NCBI RefSeq assembly: GCF_006345805.1
Contig: NC_043023.1
Coordinates: forward strand, 7,316,001-7,380,000
Source: Octopus sinensis
Lineage: Eukaryota
Direction: 5' to 3'
DNA length: 64,000 bases
Below the pieces are notes generated by a model. That model saw only the letters and a list, made by a program, of their open reading frames with translations. It did not search any database and had not been told where the DNA came from. Shown piece after piece: positions 24,165 through 38,472 of the stretch. The translations under genes were made by a program, and so were the position numbers. Within the stretch, counting starts at the first letter, position 1, and each line of letters starts with the position of its first letter.

Positions 24165-24298
24165 CATATATTATATTATACATATATATATATTATATAT
24201 ACATATATATATCATATATACATTATATATATATATATAACATATCTAATACTATTATATATATATACATATATATATATATATCTATATATGTATAT
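21717..24298. repeat. Very long degenerate (TA)n/(TATG)n microsatellite (~2.6 kb)
   Basis: Directly visible. Confidence 0.98.
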
Positions 24299-26191
24299 AC
24301 AATTTTTTGTGCCACCTAATATGATTAATTATGAATTTTCTGGTTAATTCCGAATGGACTCGACGGCTTATATTTATTGCTGCCGATAAATTTGGCGGCG
24401 AGGTGCGACGATTGAAAAATTGAAAATTTTAGGTCAGATATTACCTTGGCAGGGTCGGAAATGCCTTCGTGAAAATATCTGTTCCGACTTGGGCTATTTC
24501 TTTTTCTCTGAAGAATCTGAGGGCCTATGGAAGATTGGCTTGATTTAATTTAATCAGGTTAGTTTACCATTAAGCAGCAGATGAAACGGTGCATCGTACA
24601 AGAAATAACAGGGTAAATAATGTTTTTTAAATTTTCTCCTGTTTACGGAATTAATCTTTATTTGCGGTTGAAGCTTTGGCTGTTTTTCTAGTGGTGAAGG
24701 CCTATTATGGACGTTCCTTAATTGTTGATGTTGAACTTAAAAATGGTTCTATGACTATTTAATTTTTTCCCACTAGGCCGCTGGTGGCAAAAAAATTCTA
24801 CAAAATTTTTGTTGCCACCCTATATTGATTAATTATGAATTTTCTGGTTAATTCCGTAATGGAATCGACGGCTTATATTTATTTGCTGCCGATAAATTTG
24901 GCGCGAGTGCGACGATTTGAAAATTTTAGGTCAGATATTACTTGGCAGGGTCGGAAATGTTCGTGAAAATATCTGTTCCGACTTGGGCTATTTCTTGTGA
25001 AGAATCTGAGGGCCTATGGAAGATTGGCTTGATTTAATTTAATCAGGTTAGTTACCATTTTAAACAGCAGATGAAACGGTGCATCGTACAAGAAATTACA
25101 GGGTAAATGTTTTTTAAATTTTCTCCTGTTTACGGAATTAATCTTTATTTGCGGTTGAAGCTTTGGCTGTTATTTCTAGTGGGTGAATGGCCTATTATGG
25201 CCGTTCCTTAATTGTTGATGTTGAACTTAAAAATGGTCTATGACTATTTAATTTTTTCCCACTAGGCCGCTGGTGGCAAAAAAATTCTACAAAATTTTTG
25301 TTGCCACCCTATATTGATTAATTATGAATTTTCTGGTTAATTCCGTAATGGAACTCGACGGTTATATTTATTTGCTGCCGAAAATTTGGGCGAGTGCGAC
25401 GATTTGAAAATTTTAGGTCAGATATTACCTTGGCAGGGTCGGAAATGCCTCGTGAAAAATATGTTCCGACTTGGGCTATTTCTTGCTGAAGAATCTGAGG
25501 GCCTATGGAAGATTGGCTTGATTTAATTTAATCAGGTTAGTTTACCATTAAACAGCAGATGAAACGGGCATCGTACAAAAATTACAGGGTAAATGTTTTT
25601 TAATTTTCCTGTTTACGGAATTAATCTTTATTGCGGGTTGAAGCTTTGGCTGTTATTTCTAGTGGGTGAATGGCCTATTATGGCCGTTCCTTAATTGTTG
25701 ATGTTGAACTTAAAAATGGTCTATGACTATTTAATTTTTTCCCACTAGGCCGCTGGTGGCAAAAAAATTCTACAAAATTTTTGTTGCCACCCTATATTGA
25801 TTAATTATGAATTTTCTGGTTAATTCCGTAATGGAATCGACGGCTTATATTTATTTGCTGCCGATAAATTTGGCGCGAGTGCGACGATTTGAAAATTTTA
25901 GGTCAGATATTACCTTGGCAGGGTCGGAAATGCCTCGTGAAAATATCTGTTCCGACTTGGGCTATTTCTTGCTGAAGAATCTGAGGGCCTATGGAAGATT
26001 GGCTTGATTTAATTTAATCAGGTTAGTTTACCATTAAACAGCAGATGAAACGGTGCATCGTACAAGAAATTACAGGGTAAATGTTTTTTAAATTTTCTCC
26101 GTGTTTACGGAATTAATCTTTATTTGCGGTTGAAGCTTGGCTGTTATTTCTAGTGGGTGAATGGCCTATTATGGCCGTTCCTTAATTGTTG
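24299..26191. repeat. ~490-bp tandem repeat, about 3.9 units
   Basis: TAATTCCG recurs near 24345, 24849, 25338 and 25821 (periods 504, 489, 483). Confidence 0.95.
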
Positions 26192-26286
26192 ATATATATA
26201 TATATATATAAGTATATAGTATATATATATATATATATTATATATATAATGTATATATATGTATATATATATATATATATGTATAT

Positions 26287-26329
<43 letters not shown>

Positions 26330-26725
26330 TTCGTCAGAAATTAATTAGCACTTATCAAATTTCTACATTACATAGGTTAAATCAATTAACCTATGAGCTG
26401 TTCAAAACATCTTACGCGATGAGAAAACTTAGTATGGTGTGATTTCGGTCCTTGGAGGCGCTACCTATATCTATTAAACAAAGGAAGATTTGTCTGCATC
26501 CGCACTCCAAGTTGTTGTTGCACTGCTATGTCAACATCATAAGGCTGTAGACTATCAAACTGCTCTGTAAACAAAGTTACGTCATCGTTCTGCGCAACAG
26601 TGAACTCGCAACAAAGCAATAGTTCGAGATATGGCCACTAGGTGACAGCACATACATTGAGTGAAGAGCAAATCAAGGGTGGTATTTAATTTCTGACGGT
26701 AGTGTATATATATATATATATATTG

Positions 26726-26761
<36 letters not shown>

Positions 26762-27076
26762 ATAATAGTATATATATGTATATATATATGTTATATATAT
26801 ATGTATATATATATATATATATGTATATATTATATATATACGTATATATATATATATATATGTATATATAATATATGTATATATATGAATATAGATATAT
26901 ATGAATATATATATATGTATATATGTATATGCATATATTATAATGTATATATATGTATATATGTATATGTATATATATTATATTATATATGTATATATAT
27001 ATGTATATATATATGTATATGTATATATATATATACATGTATATGTATATATACATGTATATGTATATATTATATG

Positions 27077-27162
<86 letters not shown>

Positions 27163-27183
27163 AATAGTTGATATATATATGGA

Positions 27184-27214
<31 letters not shown>

Positions 27215-27360
27215 AATATTGATATATATATATATGTAATATATATATATATGTATATATATATAAATTGATATATATATATGGTATATAATATATATAT
27301 GTATATATATAAATATTGATAATATATATGTATATATATATATTATATGTATATATATAT

Positions 27361-27454
<94 letters not shown>

Positions 27455-27769
27455 GTATATATAATATGTATATATATAAGTATATATATATATAGTAATA
27501 TATATGTATAGTATATATATATATAATATGTGTAATATATATGTATATATGTATATATATATGTATATATGTATATATATATATATATGTATATATATAT
27601 GTATATATGTATATATATGTATTATCTATATAGGTATATAATTATATGTATATATATATATGTATATATATGTATATATATTATATATGTATTTATATGT
27701 ATATAATATATATATGTATATATATGTATATATATATATATATATGTGTATATATATATATAATATATG

Positions 27770-27821
<52 letters not shown>

Positions 27822-28073
27822 ATATAATATATGTATATTATATATATATATGTATATCTATATATATAATGTATATATATATATATTATGTATATATATA
27901 TATATATGTATATATATATTGTATATATATGTATATATATATATATATGTTATGTATATATATATATGATATATATTGTATATATATATATATATATATG
28001 TATATATAGAATATATATATATATATGTATATATGTATATATATATATAGTATATGTATATTATATATATATG

Positions 28074-28125
<52 letters not shown>

Positions 28126-28143
28126 TAGTATAATATATATATG

Positions 28144-28195
<52 letters not shown>

Positions 28196-28503
28196 GTATA
28201 TATATATATGTAATATATATATATATATATATATGATATATAATATATATGATATATATATTGTATATATATGTATATATATATATATATGTATATATAT
28301 TATAGTATATATATTATATATATGTATATATATATATATGTATATATATATTATGTATATGTATATGTATTTATATGTATATAAATGTATAGTATATATA
28401 TATGTATATATTATATATGTATATTATATATGTGTTATATATATCTATGTATATATATGTATATGTATATGTATGTATATGTATATATATGTATATATAT
28501 ATG

Positions 28504-28534
<31 letters not shown>

Positions 28535-28535
28535 G

Positions 28536-28566
<31 letters not shown>

Positions 28567-28634
28567 GTAATATATGTATATGTATATATATATATATGTA
28601 TGTATATATATATGTATGTATGTATATATATATG

Positions 28635-28666
<32 letters not shown>

Positions 28667-28817
28667 TATATGTATGTATATATAATATGTATGTATGTAT
28701 ATATATATGTATGTATGATATATATATGTATGTATATAGTTATATAGTATGTATATATATATATATATGTATGTATATATATATATATGTATGTATGTAT
28801 ATATATATGTATGTATG

Positions 28818-28850
<33 letters not shown>

Positions 28851-28862
28851 GTAATATATATG

Positions 28863-28894
<32 letters not shown>

Positions 28895-28994
28895 TATATT
28901 ATGTATATATATGTATGTATGTATATATATGTATGTATGTATATTTATGTATGTATATATATATATGTATGTATATATATATATGTATGTATAT
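26192..28994. repeat. Very long (TA)n tract grading into (TATG)n, interrupted by a MITE
   Basis: Directly visible. Confidence 0.97.
26327..26704. mobile_element. Tc1/mariner-type MITE (~378 bp) inserted at a TA
   Basis: TIRs CACTTCGTCAGAAATTAA (26327-26344) / TTAATTTCTGACGGTAGTG (26686-26704), TA on both sides, no ORF. Confidence 0.85.
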
Positions 28995-29180
28995 ATACTA
29001 AGCAATAGGGTTCAGCAACGAATTGCCTTACCACATACCGAATTTAGAAATAGCAGTCAAGGTTATAGCTATTTCTTCTACTAAAAAGTTAGTAGAAGAA
29101 ATAGCTATAACCCTTTGACTGCTATTTCTAAATTCGGTATGTGTAAGGCAATTCGTTGCTAAACCCTTATTGCTTAGTAT
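28995..29180. repeat. 186-bp near-perfect palindrome (~90-bp arms, AAAG loop)
   Basis: ATACTAAGCAAT...CTTCTACTAA-aaag-TTAGTAGAAG...ATTGCTTAGTAT, with about 5 arm differences. Confidence 0.95.
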
Positions 29181-30965
29181 TACTTAAATTTTCCTCGAAT
29201 GAGGCTTTTACATGCCGAAGACTACTTGGTGTATTGATAATTATTCCAAATTAATTAATTTCACCTTCATTATTATGTATGTATATATATATAATATATG
29301 TATATAATATATATATATATATATATCTTATATATATATATATATTATATATATATATAGCGTTATTAAATCTCAGAACGAGATGTAAATAGTAATCGCT
29401 CAACAATGTAACGTATTATTGCCATCCCATCCATTATTCAGACATAGTATATCTAATGTATAGTGGTTAATATCAGGGCTATAGTTGTTGTTTAGCCCCA
29501 GGTCAGTTATAACCCAGACAGACCTATGATCAAAGACATTCCAGCCGTGTCCATCCCATCCATTATTCAGACATAGTATATCTAATGTATAGTGGTTAAT
29601 ATCAGTGGCTATAGTTGTTGTTTAGCCCCAGGTCAGTTATAACCCAGACAGACCTATGATCAAAGACATTCCAGCCGTGTCCATCCCATCCATTATTCAG
29701 ACATAGTATATCTAATGTATAGTGGTTAATATCAGTGGCTATAGTGGTTGTTTAACCCCAGGTCAGTCCTAACCCAGACAGACCTATGATCAAAGACATT
29801 CCAGCCGTGACCATCCCATCCATTATTCAGACATAGTATATCTAATGTACAGTGGTTAATATTAGTGGCTATAGTTGTTGTTTGGCCCCAGGTCAGTCAT
29901 AATCAAGACAGGCCTATGATCAAAGACATTCCAGCCGTGACCATCCCATCCATTATTCAGACATAGTATATCTAATGTATAGTGGTTAATATTAGTGGCT
30001 ATAGTTGTTGTTTCGCCCCAGGTCAATCATAATCAAGAAAGGCCTATGATCAACGACATTCCAGCCGTGACCATCCCATCCGTTATTCAGACATAGTATA
30101 TCTAATGTATAGTGGTTAATATTAGTGGCTATAGTTGTTGTTTAGCCCCAGGTCAATCCCAACCCAGACAGACCTATGATCAAAAACATTCCAGCCGTGA
30201 CCATGCCATCAATTATTCGGACATAGTATATATAATGTACAGTGGTTAATATTAGTGGCTATAGTTGTTGTTTAGCCCCAGGTCAGTCCTAACCCAGACA
30301 AACCTATGATCAAAGACATTCCAGCCGTGACCATCACATCAATTATTCAGACATAGTATATCTAATGTATAGTGGTTAATATTAGTGGCTATAGTTGTTG
30401 TTTAGCCCCAGGTTAGTCCTGATCACGACAGGCCTATGATCAAAGACATTCCAGCCGTGACCATCCATCCATTATTCAGACATAGTATATCTAATGTATA
30501 GTGGTTAATATTAGTGGCTATAGTTGTTGTTTGTCCCCAGGTCAGTCATAATCAAGACAGGCCTATGATCAAAGACATTCCAGCCGTGACCATCCCATCC
30601 ATTATTCAGACATAGTATATCTAATGTATAGTGGTTAATATTAGTGGCTATAGTTGTTGTTTGTCCCCAGGTCAGTCATAATCAAGACAGGCCTATGATC
30701 AAAGACATTCCAGCCGTGACCACCCCATCCGTTATTCAGACATAGTATGTCTAATGAATAGTGGTTAATATTAGTGGCTATAGTCGTTGTTTGGCCCCAG
30801 GTCAATCCCCCCAGACAGACCTATGATCAAAAACATTCCAGCCGTGACCATCCCATCCATTATTCAGACATAGTATATCTAATGTACAGTGGTTAATATC
30901 AGTGGCTATAGTTGTTGTTTAGCCCCAGGTCAGTCCTAACCCAGACAGACCTATGATCAAAGACA

Positions 30966-31423
30966 TGTAAAGGGAACTGGTTGCTTCTTTACACTTTTGG
31001 CGTGCAACTTGGGTGCAACACAATTTCCTTTCTTTTTGTTTCTAGAAACTACCAGTCAGGAACGAAAAGCAAGTTTAAAAATGCATATAATACTTTATTT
31101 TCTTGGTTCAACAATGAAACAGGATGGTATGTTTTTATCCACCTGGTTCTAAGCAGCAAGGCTGAATTCAAACGTTTGTAAGCTTTACAACAATTCAGCA
31201 GCAGTGGAACAGGCTTCTGGAACAGGTTTCAAAATATATGTCCTTTGGCTTCTATCGCTGTGACTCATTCTTCAGTCTCTAGCGCATGTGCATGAGGAAA
31301 CTTCTTATGCCTTTCCAGAAGGTTCCATAGGCTGATCACACGCACACTGAAGAAGGACGTTCTGCACACGCACACTGAAGAATGACGTTGCGTGTGCGCA
31401 CACTGGAAAATGACGTCACTACA
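30966..31423 (-). mobile_element. Solo LTR 1 (458 bp, short form)
   Basis: GACA|TGTAAAGGG...CACTACA|GACA. Empty monomers read AAAGACATTCC. Minus strand has AATAAA ~130 nt from the end. Confidence 0.85.
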
Positions 31424-33114
31424 GACATTCCAGCCGTGACCATCCCATCCATTATTCAGAAATAGTATATCAAAGGTATAGTGATTAATATTAGTGGCTG
31501 TAGTTGTTGTTTAGCCACAGGTCAGTCCTAACCCAGACAGACCTATGATCAAAGACATTCCAGCCGTGACCATCCCATCCACTATTCAGACATAGTAACT
31601 CTAATGTATAGTGGTTAATATTAGTGGCTATAGTTGTTGTTTAGCCCCAGGTCAGTCCTAACCCAGACAGAACTATGATCAAAGACATTCCAGCCGTGAC
31701 CATCCCATCCACTATTCAGACAGTATCTCTAATGTATAGTGGTTATATTAGTGGCTATAGTTGTTATTTAGCCCCAGGTCTGTCCCAACCCAGACAGACC
31801 TATGATCAAAGGCATTCCAGCCTTGACCATCCCATCCATTATTCAGACATATTATATCTAATGTATAGTGGTTAATATTAGTGGCTATAGTTGTTGTTGT
31901 CGTCCAGGTCAATCATAATCAAGACAGGCCTATGATCAACGACATTCCAGCCGTGACCATCCCATCCGTTATTCAGACATAGTATATCTAATGTATAGTG
32001 GTTAATATTAGTGGCTATAGTTGTTGTTTAGCCCCAGGTCAGTCCTAACCCAGACAGACCTATGATCAAAGACATTCCAGCCGTGACCATCCCATCCACT
32101 ATTCAGACATAGTATCTCTAATGTATAGTGGTTAATATTAGTGGCTATAGTTGTTATTTAGCCCCAGGTCTGTCCCAACCCAGACAGACCTATGATCAAA
32201 GGCATTCCAGCCTTGACCATCCCATCCATTATTCAGACATAGTATATCTAATGTATAGTGGTTAATATTAGTGGCTATAGTTGTTGTTTCGCCCCAGGTC
32301 AATCATAATCAAGACAGGCCTATGATCAACGACATTCCAGCCGTGACCATCCCATCCGTTATTCAGACATAGTATATCTAATGTATAGTGGTTAATATTA
32401 GTGGCTATAGTTGTTGTTTAGCCCCAGGTCAATCCCAACCCAGACAGACCTATGATCAAAAACATTCCAGCCGTGACCATGCCATCAATTATTCAGACAT
32501 AGTATATCTAATGTACAGGGGTTAATATTAGTGGCTATAGTTGTTGTTTAGCCCCAGGTCAGTCCCAACCCAGACAAACCTATGATCAAAGACATTCCAG
32601 CCGTGACCATCCCATCAATTATTCAGATATAGTGTATCTAAAGTATAGTGGTTAATATTAGTGGCTATAGTTGTTGTTTAGCCCCAGGTTAGTCCTAATC
32701 ACGACAGGCCTATGATCAAAGACATTCCAGCCGTGACCATCCCATCGATTATTCAGACATAGTATATCTAATGTATAGTGGTTAATATTAGTGGCTATAG
32801 TTGTTGTTTGGCCCCAGGTCAGTCATAATCAAGACAGGCCTATGATCAAAGACATTCCAGCCGTGACCACCCCATCCATTATTCAGACATAGTATATCTC
32901 ATGAATAGTGGTTAATATTAGTGGCTATAGTTGTTGTTTAGCCCCAGGTCAGTCCTAACCCAGACAGACCTATGATCAAAGACATTCCAGCCGTGACCAT
33001 CCCATCCATTATTCAGACATAGTATATCTAATGTACAGTGGTTAATATTAGTGGCTATAGTTGTTGTTTGGCCCCAGGTCAGTCATAATCAAGACAGGCC
33101 TATGATCAAAGACA

Positions 33115-33567
33115 TGTAAGGGAACTGGTTGCTTCTTTACACTTTTGGCGTGCAACTTGGTGCAACACAATTTCCTTTCTTTTTGTTTCTAGAAACTACC
33201 AGTCAGGAACGAAAAGCAAGTTTAAAAATACATATAATACTTTATTTTCTTGGTCAACAATGAAACACGATGGTATGTTTTTATCCACCTGGTTCTAAGC
33301 AGCAAGGCTGAATTCAAACGTTTGTAAGCTTTACAACAATTCAGCAGCAGTGGAACAGGCTTCTGGAACAGGTTTCAAAATATATGTCCTTGGCTTCTAT
33401 TGCTGTGACTCATTCTTCAGTCTCTAGCGCATGTGCATGAGGAAACTTCTTATGCCTTTCCAGAAGGTTCCATAGGCTGATCACACGCACACTGAGAAGG
33501 ACGTTCTGCACACGCACACTGAAGAATGACGTTGCGTGTGCGCGCACTGGAATATGACGTCACTACA
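33115..33567 (-). mobile_element. Solo LTR 2 (short form)
   Basis: Same termini and GACA duplication. Confidence 0.85.
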
Positions 33568-34090
33568 GACATTCCAGCCGTGACCATCCCATCCATTATT
33601 CAGAAATAGTATATCAAAGGTATAGTGATTAATATTAGTGGCTGTAGTTGTTGTTTAGCCACAGGTCAGTCCTAACCCAGACAGACCTATGATCAAGACA
33701 TTCCAGCCGTGACCATCCCATCCACTATTCAGACATAGTATCTCTAATGTATAGTGGTTAATATTAGTGGCTATAGTTGTTGTTTAGCCCCAGGTCAGTC
33801 CTAACCCAGACAGAACTATGATCAAAGACATTCCAGCCGTGACCATCCCATCCACTATTCAGACATAGTATCTCTAATGTATAGTGGTTAATATTAGTGG
33901 CTATAGTTGTTGTTTAGCCCCAGGTCAGTCCTAACCCAGACAGACCTATGATCAAAGACATTCCAGCCGTGACCATCCCATCCATTATTCAGACATAGTA
34001 TATCTAATGTACAGTGGTTAATATTAGTGGCTATAGTTGTTGTTTGGCCCCAGGTCAGTCATAATCAAGACAGGCCTATGATCAAAGACA

Positions 34091-34552
34091 TGTAAAGGGA
34101 ACTGGTTGCTTCTTTACACTTTTGGCGTGCAACTTGGGTGCAACACAATTTCCTCCTTTCTTTTTGTTCTCTAGAAACTACCAGTCAGGAACGAAAAGCA
34201 AGTTTAAAAATACATATAATACTTTATTTTCTTGGTTCAACAATGAAACACGATGGTATGTTTTTATCCACCTGGTTCTAAGCAGCAAGGCTGAATTCAA
34301 ACGTTTGTAAGCTTTACAACAATTCAGCAGCAGTGGAACAGGCTTCTGGAACAGGTTTCAAAATATATGTCCTTTGGCTTCTATTGCTGTGACTCATTCT
34401 TCAGTCTCTAGCGCATGTGCATGAGGAAACTTCTTATGCCTTTCCAGAAGGTTCCATAGGCTGATCACACGCACACTGAAGAAGGACGTTCTGCACACGC
34501 ACACTGAAGAATGACGTTGCGTGTGCGCGCACTGGAATATGACGTCACTACA
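34091..34552 (-). mobile_element. Solo LTR 3 (short form)
   Basis: Same termini and GACA duplication. Confidence 0.85.
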
Positions 34553-36236
34553 GACATTCCAGCCGTGACCATCCCATCCATTATTCAGAAATAGTATATC
34601 AAAGGTATAGTGATTAATATTAGTGGCTGTAGTTGTTGTTTAGCCACAGGTCAGTCCTAACCCAGACAGACTATGATCAAAGACATTCCAGCCGTGACCA
34701 TCCCACTATTCAGACATAGTATCTCTAATTGTAGTGGTTAATATTAGTGGCTATAGTTGTTGTTTAGCCCCAGGTCAGTCCTAACCCAGACAGAACTATG
34801 ATCAAAGACATTCCAGCCGTGACCATCCCATCCACTATTCAGACATAGTATCTCTAATGTATAGTGGTTATATTAGTGGCTATAGTTGTTATTTAGCCCC
34901 AGGTCTGTCCCAACCCAGACAGACCTATGATCAAAGGCATTCCAGCCTTGACCATCCATCCATTATTCAGACAGATTATATCTAATGTATAGTGGTTAAT
35001 ATTAGTGGCTATAGTTGTTGTTTCGTCCCAGGTCAATCATAATCAAGACAGGCCTATGATCAACGACATTCCAGCCGTGACCATCCCATCCGTTATTCAG
35101 ACATAGTATATCTAATGTATAGTGGTTAATATTAGTGGCTATAGTTGTTGTTTAGCCCCAGGTCAGTCCTAACCCAGACAGACCTATGATCAAAGACATT
35201 CCAGCCGTGACCATCCCATCCACTATTCAGACATAGTATCTCTAATGTATAGTGGTTAATATTAGTGGCTATAGTTGTTATTTAGCCCCAGGTCTGTCCC
35301 AACCCAGACAGACCTATGATCAAAGGCATTCCAGCCTTGACCATCCCATCCATTATTCAGACATAGTATATCTAACTGTATAGTGGTTAATATTAGTGGC
35401 TATAGTTGTTGTTTCGCCCCAGGTCAATCATAATCAAGACAGGCCTATGATCAACGACATTCCAGCCGTGACCATCCCATCCGTTATTCAGACATAGTAT
35501 ATCTAATGTATAGTGGTTAATATTAGTGGCTATAGTTGTTGTTTAGCCCCAGGTCAATCCCAACCCAGACAGACCTATGATCAAAAACATTCCAGCCGTG
35601 ACCATGCCATCAATTATTCAGACATAGTATATCTAATGTACAGGGGTTAATATTAGTGGCTATAGTTGTTGTTTAGCCCCAGGTCAGTCCCAACCCAGAC
35701 AAACCTATGATCAAAGACATTCCAGCCGTGACCATCCCATCAATTATTCAGATATAGTATATCTAAAGTATAGTGGTTAATATTAGTGGCTATAGTTGTT
35801 GTTTAGCCCCAGGTTAGTCCTAATCACGACAGGCCTATGATCAAAGACATTCCAGCCGTGACCATCCCATCGATTATTCAGACATAGTATATCTAATGTA
35901 TAGTGGTTAATATTAGTGGCTATAGTTGTTGTTTGGCCCCAGGTCAGTCATAATCAGACAGGCCTATGATCAAAGACATTCCAGCCGTGGACCACCCCAT
36001 CCATTATTCAGACATAGTAATCTCATGAATAGTGGTTAATATTAGTGGCTATAGTTGTTGTTTAGCCCCAGGTCAGTCCTAACCCAGACAGCCTATGATC
36101 AAAGACATCCAGCCGTGACCATCCCATCCATTATTCAGACATAGTATATCTAATGTACAGTGGTTAATATTAGTGGCTATAGTTGTTGTTTGGCCCCAGG
36201 TCAGTCATAATCAAGACAGGCCTATGATCAAAGACA

Positions 36237-36785
36237 TGTAAAGGGAACTGGTTGCTTCTTTACACTTTTGGCGTGCACTTGGGGGCAACACAATTTCCTT
36301 TCTTTTTGTTTCTAGAAACTACCAGTCAGGAACGAAAAGCAAGTTTAAAAATACATATAATACTTTATTTTCTTGGTTCAACAATGAAACACGATGGTAT
36401 GTTTTTATCCACCTGGTTCTAAGCAGCAAGGCTGAATTCAAACGTTTGTAAGCTTTACAACAATTCAGCAGCAGTGGAACAGGCTTCTGGAACAGGTTTC
36501 AAAATATATGTCCTTTGCTTCTATGGCTGTGACTCAGTTGTAAGCTTTACAACAATTCAGCAGCAGTGGAACAGGCTTCTGGAACAGGTTTCAAAATATA
36601 TGTCCTTTGGCTTCTATTGCTGTGACTCATTCTTCAGTCTCTAGCGCATGTGCATGAGGAAACTTCTTATGCCTTTCCAGAAGGTTCCATAGGCTGATCA
36701 CACGCACACTGAAGAAGGACGTTCTGCACACGCACACTGAAGAATGACGTTGCGTGTGCGCACACTGGAATATGACGTCACTACA
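36237..36785 (-). mobile_element. Solo LTR 4 (long form, internal ~93-bp duplication)
   Basis: Same termini; GTAAGCTTTACAAC...GTGACTCA is present twice. Confidence 0.85.
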
Positions 36786-38472
36786 GACATTCCAGCCGTG
36801 ACCATCCCATCCATTATTCAGAAATAGTATATCAAAGGTATAGTGATTAATATTAGTGGCTGTAGTTGTTGTTTAGCCACAGGTCAGTCCTAACCCAGAC
36901 AGACCTATGATCAAAGACATTCCAGCCGTGACCATCCCATCCACTATTCAGACATAGTATCTCTAATGTATAGTGGTTAATATTAGTGGCTATAGTTGTT
37001 GTTTAGCCCCAGGTCAGTCCTAACCCAGACAGAACTATGATCAAAGACATTCCAGCCGTGACCATCCCATCCACTATTCAGACATAGTATCTCTAATGTA
37101 TAGTGGTTAATATTAGTGGCTATAGTTGTTATTTAGCCCCAGGTCTGTCCCAACCCAGACAGACCTATGATCAAAGGCATTCCAGCCTTGACCATCCCAT
37201 CCATTATTCAGACATATTATATCTAATGTATAGTGGTTAATATTAGTGGCTATAGTTGTTGTTTCGTCCCAGGTCAATCATAATCAAGACAGGCCTATGA
37301 TCAACGACATTCCAGCGGTGACCATCCCATCCGTTATTCAGACATAGTATATCTAATGTATAGTGGTTAATATTAGTGGCTATAGTTGTTGTTTAGCCCC
37401 AGGTCAGTCCTAACCCAGACAGACCTATGATCAAAGACATCCAGCCGTGACCATCCCATCCACTATTCAGACATAGTATCTCTAATGTATAGTGGTTAAT
37501 ATTAGTGGCTATAGTTGTTATTTAGCCCCAGGTCTGTCCCAACCCAGACAGACCTATGATCAAAGGCATTCCAGCCTTGACCATACCCATCCATTATTCA
37601 GACATAGTATATCTAATGTTAGTGTTAATATTAGTGGCTATAGTTGTTGTTTCGCCCCAGGTCAATCATAATCAAGACAGGCCTATGATCAACGACATTC
37701 CGCCGTGACCATCCCATCCGTTATTCAGACATAGTATATCTAATGTAGTGGTTAATATTAGTGCTATAGTTGTTGTTTAGCCCCAGGTCAATCCCAACCC
37801 AGACAGACCTATGATCAAAAACATTCCAGCCGTGACCATGCCATCAATTATTCAGACATAGTATATCTAATGTACAGGGGTTAATATTAGTGGCTATAGT
37901 TGTTGTTTAGCCCCAGGTCAGTCCCAACCCAGACAAACCTATGATCAAAGACATTCCAGCCGTGACCATCCCATCATTATTCAGATATAGTATATCTAAA
38001 GTATAGTGGTTAATATTAGTGGCTATAGTTGTTGTTTAGCCCCAGGTTAGTCCTAATCACGACAGGCCTATGATCAAAGAACATTCCAGCCGTGACCATC
38101 CCATCGATTATTCAGACATAGTATATCTAATGTATAGTGGTTATATTAGTGGCTATAGTTGTTGTTTGGCCCCAGGTCAGTCATAATCAAGACAGGCCTA
38201 TGATCAAAGACATTCCAGCCGTGACCACCCCATCCATTATTCAGACATAGTATATCTCATGAATAGTGGTTAATATTAGTGGCTATAGTTGTTGTTTAGC
38301 CCCAGGTCAGTCCTAACCCAGACAGACCTATGATCAAAGACATTCCAGCCGTGACCATCCCATCCATTATTCAGACATAGTATATCTAATGTACAGTGGT
38401 TAATATTAGTGGCTATAGTTGTTGTTTGGCCCCAGGTCAGTCATAATCAAGACAGGCCTATGATCAAAGACA

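Noticed and set aside
25255-25310. CTCF-like motif or hAT-like terminus (TAGGGTGGCAAC) in the 490-bp unit
   Set aside because: Only partial matches, and no partner TIR or TSD.
18584-29008. Many Y/I/M/C-rich ORFs in the ORF track (also 49295-49793 and 62108-62331)
   Set aside because: Translations of (TA)n/(TATG)n microsatellites; no coding signal.
31340-31420. CTGAAGA...GAAA in the LTR as a possible hammerhead core
   Set aside because: No helix II closing pair next to the core and no helix I or III can be formed.
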